A stretch of 42,140 nt of DNA from positions 1 to 42,140 of IMG/VR virus record IMGVR_UViG_3300032320_000178. One strand, given 5' to 3'. The first letter of the stretch is position 1, and the number at the start of each line of letters is the position of its first letter. Of this stretch, positions 1 to 8,700 are shown in pieces. The translations under genes and the position numbers were made by a program. Under the pieces are notes generated by a model, which saw only the letters and a list, made by a program, of their open reading frames with translations, ran no database searches and was not told the origin of the DNA. Source of the DNA: a virus (taxonomy: Duplodnaviria; Caudoviricetes).

Positions 1-963
1 AATGATCTTGCTGTCGATAAATACTCCACCGGCCCGGTCAAGCTTCCGGACCTTCGAAATTAAGGAGAAAAATTCATGTTCACTAGCTTCAAGAAACTCA
101 CTGGGAAAACTAGCATTCCCCTTTTCAGTCTTTGGGTAATCCAGCTTCAGTGCGTCACTGGCTGCCTGTATATCATCACCAGACCAGATGTCTACATCCC
201 TCTCAGCAACCTTCTTCAGCTGCTCCATCAGCTGGCCTTGCTCATCAAGTAGTTGAGCCTTGACTTTGTGGGCGCGATCAAGGTCAACAGGGACGCCACG
301 TTGACGCATAGCAACCAGTACGTCGACCAATTGCGTCTCGATGTCAAAGACTTCCCAAAGCTTTTCGTCGTGCAGCAAGACTTCTTGTTGAGCAAAGATG
401 CGGATAGGCAGGTCAGCATCCTTGCGTCCGTAAGGGGCAACCTCAGCAGCATGAAACTGCCAGAGGTTTTCCTTGACCTTGCTTGGATGGATACCGCGGC
501 GAACCGCTGCAGCAATCAGCTCTGTCTCGTCTTTCGTCTCACCAAGGTAAGACTGGGCCAAGGCATCAAGCTTGTAGGTGATGCGGTCTTCATCAAGCAA
601 AGGTTCGGCGATCTGCACGTCGTACTTAGCACCTCCCACTTTGACGCCTTCTGTCAACAACCACTCAAGGTCGTATGGCAGGTTGGCACCAATCTTAGGA
701 ATGTCAGTCTTCAGCATGTCACGCAGCCAAGCAAACGCGTTGTCAGGGTTAAGGTTCCCACCTGCTGCATGACGGACAGGATAGTACTCAGCAAAGCCAT
801 CATCTGTTGCGACAGAAAATCCCACGATGTAGCCATCTTTCCGTACTCCTCCAGGGCCTTTAGTCATTAAGTTCGGGTCGCGCGTCTCGCAATCGATAGC
901 TATACGTTTTGCGAGCAATAGGTTTGGAAAGTGCTTCGGCGGTTGATAAGATGATACGTCCAT
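1..963 (-). CDS. polA: DNA polymerase family A, N-terminal 3'-5' exonuclease region (runs off the left edge)
   Basis: Not in the ORF track; translated by hand from ATG at 963: MDVSSYQPPKHFPNLLLAKRIAIDCETRDPNL (ExoI DxE) ... IGANLPYDLEWL (ExoII) ... YGRKDADL (ExoIII) ... ETQLVDVLVAMRQRGVPVD (PolA-type). Frame stays open to base 1. Confidence 0.92.
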   Translation of the reverse strand, partial: MDVSSYQPPKHFPNLLLAKRIAIDCETRDPNLMTKGPGGVRKDGYIVGFSVATDDGFAEYYPVRHAAGGNLNPDNAFAWLRDMLKTDIPKIGANLPYDLEWLLTEGVKVGGAKYDVQIAEPLLDEDRITYKLDALAQSYLGETKDETELIAAAVRRGIHPSKVKENLWQFHAAEVAPYGRKDADLPIRIFAQQEVLLHDEKLWEVFDIETQLVDVLVAMRQRGVPVDLDRAHKVKAQLLDEQGQLMEQLKKVAERDVDIWSGDDIQAASDALKLDYPKTEKGNASFPSEFLEASEHEFFSLISKVRKLDRAGGVFIDSKII

Positions 964-1366
964 TTTTAATCCAAAGTAGTCTAGCTTCTTCATGAGGGTA
1001 CGGTTCAACGTACACGATACGGCGGCAGCTTGTGTTTAAAAGTAGCTTAGTGCATGTCATGCAAGGCATGGCAGTCACGTAAGCCGTGTCAATGTCATTT
1101 ACATCCCGGCATTGGAGGAGTGCGTTTTGTTCCGCGTGAATAGCTTCGCACTTATCCAAGCCAGTCCCTGAAGGCAAGCCAGCGCCGGGACAGTGGGTAT
1201 CAATGCAATGAGTATGACCGCGAGGCACCCCGTTGTAACCAGTAGCAAGAACATGCCCACGATTAGATACAAGAACGCAGCCAACAAGCCGCCTTGCGCA
1301 TGTACCTCTTCTGCTGACGAGACTAGCCAATTCCGAAAAGTATTCATCTTTGCTTATCCTTTCCAT
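860..1366 (-). CDS. dCMP deaminase
   Basis: CARRLVG, ATGYNG, HAEQNAL and PCMTC zinc-deaminase motifs. Confidence 0.93.
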   Translation of the reverse strand: MERISKDEYFSELASLVSRRGTCARRLVGCVLVSNRGHVLATGYNGVPRGHTHCIDTHCPGAGLPSGTGLDKCEAIHAEQNALLQCRDVNDIDTAYVTAMPCMTCTKLLLNTSCRRIVYVEPYPHEEARLLWIKNGRIILSTAEALSKPIARKTYSYRLRDARPELND

Positions 1367-2148
1367 GATGAGGCTTCTTTCAAAAACCCGTTGTGAACGT
1401 GGCCATTAGCCAGTGTCCACAGATGATTAACAAGATGGTCATAGTCGTTAAAGTAGTCAAGATCAATGGGAGCATAGTCGCCTAAGATCTCGCCGTTCAA
1501 GCAAGCATCAACCTTGTACCAGTTGTCTTCGTACAGGTGCTGGCTTGCTGCATAGAAGTGCAACGAGCCAAGCCTAACATTCACGCCTTTCTCGCGCAGC
1601 AACAAAGCTACGCCAGCCGACAACATACTGAAGTTGAACCAGTCATAAGGAACACCAAGCCAAGCATCAGAGGAACGCATGTTCATGAAGCAATGAATCA
1701 TGCCCATTCGAATGACGAACTGGCAACTGATGGTACATGGGATGTCTTTTGAAGCACGAGGGTTTGGCCTCCAAATGGTAATGACAGCTTGACGAGAGTC
1801 AGGGTCTTCGAGTAAGGCTTGGATGACATGGCCCAGCTGATCGCGAATCCTTGGTCCGTAGGCTCCAAAAAAGAGGATGCCGTCATCAGAAAAGTTGCTG
1901 ATCTGCTTACTAAACGGGGCGATTGTGCTGACGCGGTTATCGCCTGACATGATCCAAGCTGCTTCAGCTGCCATAAACTTGTAGCCAAGATTGCGCTCCT
2001 TGATAGTGATAACGGGCTGGTTCATGTTAATCATCGACTTCATGCCCATCAGTTCTTTTGTCTTTTTGCCTCTTGGGCTTGTCTCAATGCCAGCGCGCAT
2101 GATGACATCAAGCAAACCTTGCCAGTTCATGTTGGTGGTATTAACCAT
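1354..2148 (-). CDS. Thymidylate synthase / dCMP hydroxymethylase family protein (Asp at the base-specificity position)
   Basis: DSRQAV, DIPC (catalytic Cys), MRSSDAWLGVPYD and HLY motifs. Start moved from 2205 to ATG 2148, which has GGGAGG upstream and overlaps the stop of the previous gene. Confidence 0.9.
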   Translation of the reverse strand: MVNTTNMNWQGLLDVIMRAGIETSPRGKKTKELMGMKSMINMNQPVITIKERNLGYKFMAAEAAWIMSGDNRVSTIAPFSKQISNFSDDGILFFGAYGPRIRDQLGHVIQALLEDPDSRQAVITIWRPNPRASKDIPCTISCQFVIRMGMIHCFMNMRSSDAWLGVPYDWFNFSMLSAGVALLLREKGVNVRLGSLHFYAASQHLYEDNWYKVDACLNGEILGDYAPIDLDYFNDYDHLVNHLWTLANGHVHNGFLKEASSWKG

Positions 2149-3133
2149 TGATGGCCTCCCTAAGTTCTTGAAGAAACTCAGCGCGTTTGTTAAAGCGCTT
2201 TGCATAAGATGGATGCATGATCTTGCAGATCCTGCGTGTGAATTCAGTCATGGTGCCGTAAGCGCCATTGCCAAGGCAGATGACCTTCATGTAAGGCTTA
2301 GCGCGCAGGCAATCATTGACGTACAACGGACCATTGCCATCGTGCGCATTGATGTAGACAGCACGTGTCTCGTCAAAGTTAAGCTCATGCAGTGCGTCTG
2401 CAAAGAACTCGCTGCAATTGGCAAAGTCGTAGAAGGGCCAGCTGACTGCACGCATCTTGCTGTTAGCCTTATCGCCAACAAAGATGATCTTTGCTTCATG
2501 CAAGTGACCTGCAAAGTTTTTAGTGTGCAGATGCAAGGCTGGTTCGTACTGCTTCATCCAGCGTGATTCGAGGACAGAGTAAACCATGCCAATGTAGACA
2601 TCAAGGTCACGACCTTCAACGTCATACCTATATGGCATAACATCATCACGGCGGCGCATTCCAAAGACAGAAAGCTGCTGGACGTAGTCACGATCATGGC
2701 CAGGAAAGCCACCTTCAAACAACATGTCAAAGCGTTCGCGTACACGATCGACGTTGTCGTACATCTCGTCGCGTTCTGACTTCAGCTGCTCAAACTTTTC
2801 TGCATGGTTAGCTGGTGATTGAGTCAAGATGTAAACACCACCGACTTTGCGGATAATGCGGTCCATCGTGCGACCCATGTGAGGCCAAGGGCTGCCACCA
2901 CGATACACATCTGCATAGATGGCTTCACTCATCCACAAACGATCAATGACCACAAGCCTTGTACGTGCAAGCTTCAATGCACGATGAAGTGCTGCTGTAT
3001 GGTACAGCGGCATCTTAGTTGGCCAGCGGTATGTGTTGTGAATGTAGACACCATCAAAACGATCGCAAATAGCTTTAGCAAGCGTAGTCTTGCCTGTTCC
3101 ATCACAACCATCGATGACAATAATGCCTTTCAT
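2141..3133 (-). CDS. dNMP (thymidylate-type) kinase fused to a C-terminal uracil-DNA-glycosylase-like domain
   Basis: N-terminal IVIDGCDGTGKTT P-loop and VIDRLWMSEAIY; C-terminal IIFVGD..WPF..YIN..VICLG..HPSY pattern. Confidence 0.8.
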   Translation of the reverse strand: MKGIIVIDGCDGTGKTTLAKAICDRFDGVYIHNTYRWPTKMPLYHTAALHRALKLARTRLVVIDRLWMSEAIYADVYRGGSPWPHMGRTMDRIIRKVGGVYILTQSPANHAEKFEQLKSERDEMYDNVDRVRERFDMLFEGGFPGHDRDYVQQLSVFGMRRRDDVMPYRYDVEGRDLDVYIGMVYSVLESRWMKQYEPALHLHTKNFAGHLHEAKIIFVGDKANSKMRAVSWPFYDFANCSEFFADALHELNFDETRAVYINAHDGNGPLYVNDCLRAKPYMKVICLGNGAYGTMTEFTRRICKIMHPSYAKRFNKRAEFLQELREAING

Positions 3134-3519
3134 TCTTTCTCCTTTCTGATGAGGTCCGTAAGCGTTGGAGCCACGAATCCTGCAGGTTTCACTATATCAT
3201 AGGTTGACCCGCGTTTGCTATCTTCTGTCCTTAAAGCGCGCACTTTTTTCATGTTTGCATCGTGAACCCGCTTGAAGCCTTCGTTGAACGGCAGACCGGC
3301 TAAATAGGCAGCCCCAAGGGCCACATATACCAAGTCAATCAGGCCGTCAAAATACTCTTCAAGATTGCCGTTGATCGCTGAGGCCCTGATCTCGTTCAGC
3401 TCTTCTTGCAGATGAACGTTCTTGAGTTCCCAGATCTCCCTCACCGGAAAGTCAGGCTGGTTCGTAGGTTCCAGTCCGAACTTCTGATGAAACTCTGCCA
3501 CCATCTGCGTCAGGTCCAT
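3130..3519 (-). CDS. MazG-like / PRA-PH-like all-alpha dNTP pyrophosphohydrolase
   Basis: VAEFHQKF, QEELNE, DGLIDLVYV, VHDANMKK and KPAGF motifs. Confidence 0.85.
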   Translation of the reverse strand: MDLTQMVAEFHQKFGLEPTNQPDFPVREIWELKNVHLQEELNEIRASAINGNLEEYFDGLIDLVYVALGAAYLAGLPFNEGFKRVHDANMKKVRALRTEDSKRGSTYDIVKPAGFVAPTLTDLIRKEKE

Positions 3520-3521
3520 GC

Positions 3522-4376
3522 TTACTCTCCAAGGTAGTCAAACAATGGCTGCCAGGCTTCGCTGCTTGACAGGGGCTGTGTGAGGTCTGCAAACTTTGGT
3601 GGTTCAAAGAAGTGCAGGTTTTTCGGCAGTTTGACTCGCCAAAGCACGTTGCGTGAATGGCTTGGGTAAAGTGGGGCAAAGATAGTTGCCAAGTAGTTGC
3701 TGTCGTAGTAATCACGCAAGCGATTGAACACTCCATCGATGTCTTCCTTTTCTACAACTTTTTTGTAGTCTTTGATTGAGGCAAATGTGCCAAAATGATC
3801 GTCAACTTCAAGGCCCACCTTGTGCAGCATGACCTGCATCACTTCGTAGGTCATCTCGTTGACGTGGTTGTCCGCTGCTCCGACTTGTGGGTCGTAGACA
3901 GGGGTGGACAAGAAGGCAACGCCGTCATCGGCCAAGCGGTCGCGAATGCCTTCCAGCATCTTGTAGGCATGCAGCGGCTCAACGTGCTCAAGAACCTCAA
4001 AGCTTGTGATGACGTCAAACTTCTCATGAGGCAACTGGCAGTCTGGAAAGGCGACATTGCCAATCAGAGTGGGCTTGAACTTTGTGTTCTCAAAAGCCTT
4101 AGGCATTTCAAGCTTGTTGTAGTCAATGCCAATGTAGTCAAGACCGTCAGAAGCCATGCGGCTTGTCATGAGCATCTTTGCCAATGGTACGTCTTTGCCG
4201 CAGCCAATGTCAAGCAACTTGCAATCTTTGCGGTGCTTAGGGTTTCCCATCCACTTGGCCACGTGGGTCCAACGTAGACAGTGGGCAATGTAGTCACGGT
4301 GAATGAAACCGCGCTCTTCCGCCTGATCAATGCTCAGGTGGGTATTGTCAATGGACTTTCCTCTGGCGTTTGCCAT
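3522..4376 (-). CDS. Class I SAM-dependent methyltransferase
   Basis: LLDIGCG motif I, YIGID, FDVITSFEVLEHV, FLSTP. No DPPY/NPPY or PC DNA-methyltransferase catalytic motif seen. Confidence 0.88.
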   Translation of the reverse strand: MANARGKSIDNTHLSIDQAEERGFIHRDYIAHCLRWTHVAKWMGNPKHRKDCKLLDIGCGKDVPLAKMLMTSRMASDGLDYIGIDYNKLEMPKAFENTKFKPTLIGNVAFPDCQLPHEKFDVITSFEVLEHVEPLHAYKMLEGIRDRLADDGVAFLSTPVYDPQVGAADNHVNEMTYEVMQVMLHKVGLEVDDHFGTFASIKDYKKVVEKEDIDGVFNRLRDYYDSNYLATIFAPLYPSHSRNVLWRVKLPKNLHFFEPPKFADLTQPLSSSEAWQPLFDYLGE

Positions 4377-4399
4377 AAATTCTCCTAGAGTGGGAAGGT

Positions 4400-4415
4400 A
4401 GGGGCCGAAGCCCCT
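4400..4415 (-). terminator. GC-rich cUUCGg hairpin after DUF932 (weak terminator or mRNA stabiliser)
   Basis: Minus strand AGGGGC-TTCG-GCCCCT, 5 nt after the stop codon; no U-tract follows. Confidence 0.5.
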
Positions 4416-4420
4416 GGGTT

Positions 4421-5407
4421 TTAGACTGCTTCAGCGAACTCGACAGCGAGGTCAAGTGCTTGGCGTTTACGAGTTGCGGCTGAACCAAACCACGCGCTTG
4501 TCAAACGCTTGTCTTGATCAGTTCCAGCGACGTGATCGTAGTAGTACGTCACGGCGTTGAAGGCGCCCCACCAAGTGCCGGCTGATGTCTTCAGATCAGC
4601 GCCTGGTTGAGTGTGCACGATGTCGAGCAGACGGTTGACCGTGCGGCCAAGGTCTGCGCGGTTGACTTGACCGTCTTCAGAAGCAGTCAATGCTGCTTGA
4701 TACTGGTCAGGGTTGACAAGCTTGGAGAAGAATTCCATGACTTGTTGATCTTTGGCGCGTTTCTTAGACAAGAACTCGGCTTGCTGCTTGAACACGTCAA
4801 GCGACTTCATTGCAAGGCCAACTTTTTCCGCTGCAGTCTGCTTGATCTCGTCGTCAAACGCGCGATCGTGCGACATGCGAAATGTGTTCTCCTTGTTTTT
4901 ATTATTGCGAAGTGCGGCCGTCAGCGTGTTATTGCAGACGACGCGGATTGGCGTGAACATGATCTGCAAGCTGCGGCCCCAGATGTGCGGATTGTCGAGC
5001 AAGATGTAGCCTTCGACTTCGTCTTTGCCGCCCAACATAAAGCCGCCGTTGATCTTTGCAAGGCCCCAAACACGCTTGCCGCCATGAAGAGAACCTGCAG
5101 TCTCCATCTTCATGTCGCCAGCTTTGCAGAACTTGTCAAAGAACTCAAAGACGTCTTGGTTTTGTGTAGGCGTGTAGTCGCTGCCGCAGACGCCAAGGAT
5201 CTTGCTGTCTGTGTCGCGCACCAAAGCAAAGTGGCTGCTCAACACGTGGTCGAGTTCGTCGACGACCAAAGCTTTCTTCTTGACTTGCCAGTTGAGTCCA
5301 GCTGCTTCGAGCATCTGGGCAGGAGTCAAGTTGTCAGCGACAGGGGTACCAAGGCCGTGCCAAGGGGTCTCATTGGCGTAAGCCATCGTTTCAACTTCAT
5401 GTGACAT
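4421..5407 (-). CDS. DUF932 / phage-plasmid TIGR03299-like protein
   Basis: MSHEVETMAY..TPWHGLG, ETAGSL.GG..VW, TPIRVVCNNTL and GTWWGAFNAVTYY motifs. Confidence 0.88.
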   Translation of the reverse strand: MSHEVETMAYANETPWHGLGTPVADNLTPAQMLEAAGLNWQVKKKALVVDELDHVLSSHFALVRDTDSKILGVCGSDYTPTQNQDVFEFFDKFCKAGDMKMETAGSLHGGKRVWGLAKINGGFMLGGKDEVEGYILLDNPHIWGRSLQIMFTPIRVVCNNTLTAALRNNKNKENTFRMSHDRAFDDEIKQTAAEKVGLAMKSLDVFKQQAEFLSKKRAKDQQVMEFFSKLVNPDQYQAALTASEDGQVNRADLGRTVNRLLDIVHTQPGADLKTSAGTWWGAFNAVTYYYDHVAGTDQDKRLTSAWFGSAATRKRQALDLAVEFAEAV

Positions 5408-5542
5408 GATAAATACCTTTCTTCTTTCTGTTTATGCAAGCAGGATTGCTGTGCATGAGTTAGATTCTAGTGCGTAAAACCACGCAGCACGCACTTTTTT
5501 GCAAATAAATGCTATCACTTATACCCGTTAGGCTCAAAATCC

Positions 5543-5689
5543 CTATAGAGTGATTCTAGAGCCATAACAGAGTGTATCAGTTTAATTAAAATCAATTCTA
5601 GTACTCGTTTGCTCGATACCCTAAGTCTCCGCGAAGACATAACAGAGAATACTAGTACACTCTGTTATGGTCTAGAAACTCATCTATAG
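5543..5689. repeat. Imperfect ~34 bp inverted repeat with an extra internal partial copy
   Basis: CTATAGAGTGATTCTAGAGCCATAACAGAGTGTA (5543-5576) pairs with TACACTCTGTTATGGTCTAGAAACTCATCTATAG (5656-5689); the 15 bp core is perfect. A third CATAACAGAG is at 5638-5647. Confidence 0.9.
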
Positions 5690-5712
5690 CGTTTTTGATA
5701 GAGGACCTCGGA

Positions 5713-8700
5713 TCACCTGACCATGCCACCATATCGGTAAGTCATTTCGGCAAGCTCTGGGTTCTTTCTGGTAACAACCAGGGCCATTGTTGGCTTCTTG
5801 ACCAGACCACCTTTAGCATAGCCTGGGATAGTCTGGCCTGGACCATTGAGAATGTACTCTTTTGCTTCTGGGGTAAAGCTGATCTCGTGGTAACCGTTGA
5901 ACATCTTTGAAGTGACTCCTGGAATTTTCAGTAGAGGCTTCAAACCTTCCTTCACGATCGCCTGATCATAGATGGGCGCAAAATTAGCAGTTTTTTCATT
6001 CCTTGCTTTAGCAATGACTTCGCCTGTAGGCAAATAAATCGTGTCTGCCCCCAACTCCAAGCCCTTTTGAACTGCAGCTTTAAACAATATTCCATGCACT
6101 TGGTGCAAATGGCCTTTTTGCTGCGTGCCTTTTTGCGCATCTGACTGAATCTCTTCAATCACGTAGCTTCCCGGCTTTGTTTCTACGCTGGATTCTTTGA
6201 CCTTATCGCGAGCAATTTTTTGCATTTTGTCAACTATCTCATCCGAAGTCCATTCAAAATCCTCATCTAGATTCTTTCGAATGTAATAGTCGAGATAGTG
6301 GGCATCACCAGGGGTAAAGTCTGGCTTACTAATCAATTTTTTCAGGTTGCGCACTCTGTTGTTGTCTGTCAGCAGGTCACTGCCAAAGGCTTTTTTGAAC
6401 TCTTTATCCAGTTGCTTTATACGCTCGGGAGGTAAGGTAGTTCCAAAAGTAGACAGCTCCATTGGATCGGCAGGATTGTACGTGCCTCTAAAGTGGCCCA
6501 TGGTTCCTTCGGGCGCCTCGTCATAGTGCGTATAGCTCCCGCGCTGGTCAGGGTGAACAACTCCAAACTCTCCGTATTGGTCTCCCATGTTTGTTTCTAC
6601 TAGGCGCTGAGTACTCGCGTACATATAGCCGTCTTCGTTTTCTCCCTCCATATTGTAGTTGCGGTAGTCGTCAATGCCTTGCTGTATGGCGGCCTCATAC
6701 GCTTCGTCATAGGCCTTGTTGTATTGATCGCTGTCCTTGATTCCTTTCTTTGCCAGCGCTCGTTTAAGTTTTGCAGGGTACAGATCAAAATCTGTGCCGT
6801 GCTCAGCAAGAGCGTCTGACCACATATCTACTTGCTCATCTGTCAGTCCCAGTAAATAGCCAACTGACGACTGATCGTCTATTAAGTCTTCTTCAATAAT
6901 TTCGCGAAGGTGCTGATTGTCAGTGGCTGCATTTTTTAAGTCGACAATGTCGTAGCTTGAAGGCAGCAATTCACGGACAAACTGGGCCTTAGTCATCCTG
7001 GTTGTGGGGTCCATGTTCTTAAATGCCATCAAGCCAGTAGCAAGGCCTTCTTGCGTCACACCTGGAAGCCCCTTTACTTGCTGCAGGAAATTGCTTATGG
7101 GCTGCGTGTCAGGGCCTCTAAGAGCGTCTGCCCTAATTGCTGGCTGAATGTTTAGATTGCCTAATGGTACGCCGCGAACTGCTGAGGCTCCACCTGGTTG
7201 GAAAGGACCACGACGAGGCGGAGTGTCGGCAGGCAGCCCGCCTTCGCCATCACCTTCATCGATCTGGCGGCGATACTCGTCGCGAATATTCTCAAGATTC
7301 TCAATAAGAAGAGCATTCGTTGTTGGGCTCCATAGAATGTCCTCTGCCATTGGACCAAGTATGTCTTCCCAGACAGTTTCTCCGAGCATGCGAAGACTAT
7401 TAAGGTCGCGCCTAACCAGCTCCAACGATTGCTCCGGGCCTTCTTGATCGCCGTAAAAAACCTCATCCAAGGAACTTGCAACGCTTTCTGCATCTTGCCG
7501 TGCTTCCGTGTACAGCCGCTCAAGTTCGCGCGCCGCCAGTTCCCGGACCCTGACGTCAGCTCCTTGGTGAATGCCAAGGTCGTAAGTTCTAAGAATGTTT
7601 GCTATGCCCTCAATTGGGTTCTCAGAGTTAAAAGTGTTGTCATCAAAATACATCCTGGAAATACGCGTAGCTTGCACTTGGTTGGCACTGCTCATACCTC
7701 CTAGTAAGTCGATAGGCGCCATAGCCTGAACATCGCGAGGTACGGGGGCCGCGTTTGCTACTTGAGGAGTGGGTAACTGAGGGGCTGCTTGCCGTCCACG
7801 TTCAGCTAAAAGATCGCGAATTAGTTGAACTGCGCCAAGACGACTTTCTTCTGGTAAAGTCTCAAACCTACCAGCGGGAGTAAGGGCATCATTTAGCAGT
7901 TCAAATAATCTTTCAACGGGCCCATCTGCCTCAGTCAGAATGTTTCTAATCATTCCAGGGGGCACGTCATACTGGGCGGCCATTACGTAAGGATCCCGGC
8001 CAGCCGGAACGGGCGGCTGCTGCTGGGTTAAAAGTTCAATCAGTCTATTGCGATCAGCCTGGCTTAAATCATCAAGGCCCGCAATCTCATCTTCACGCAC
8101 AAGCTCCGCAAGATCAATGTCAGCCAAACCACCTGGAAAACTGCCTTCTTCAATCGCATCGTCAACAAGCCCATTAAATGTATCCAGCAGCTCTTGGTCG
8201 CGGGCGGCAAGGGGTTGGTCGCCACCTGCACGCTGCCTCTCGTTAGCAACTTCCTCATTAAACGCGCGCAACACCGGCTCCAGGCGCGCGGCACGCTCAG
8301 GACCCGGCGGAATATGGTTGATCAATGGGTGGTCCAGCTGCCCTGTCTGTAACGCGTAAGCTGTTGAATCAATGCCTGCTTGGCGAATAGAGCCATCTGG
8401 TTCTCGCTCAATCTCAATTAGTTGCCGAGCAATAGACAGGTCTCGAGGGTCATAGGCCTGACCAGGCTGAGCAGGACGATTGGCCACAGCTGTTGGATCA
8501 GGCTCAAAGTTAAAAGCATCACGATCAAAGTTAAAAGCAGCAGGATCAGGCTGCAACATGTTGTTTGCCAGCCAATCATCGTACTGGCGGGTCATCATAT
8601 CAAAGTCTCCGCCTGCATCCCAGTTCTCAATAAACCTCTCAAGCCACTGCTGTTGTTGGCGGTCCATGCGGTCGCCGTAAGCAAATAGCAGATCGTCAGC

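Noticed and set aside
253-870. 205 aa plus-strand ORF (and 228-515 minus-strand ORF)
   Set aside because: Antisense or off-frame shadows of the DNA polymerase frame, which carries clear motifs.
8495-8552. 15 bp direct repeat TCAAAGTTAAAAGCA at 21 nt spacing
   Set aside because: Simple in-frame duplication (AFNF x2) in a low-complexity linker.
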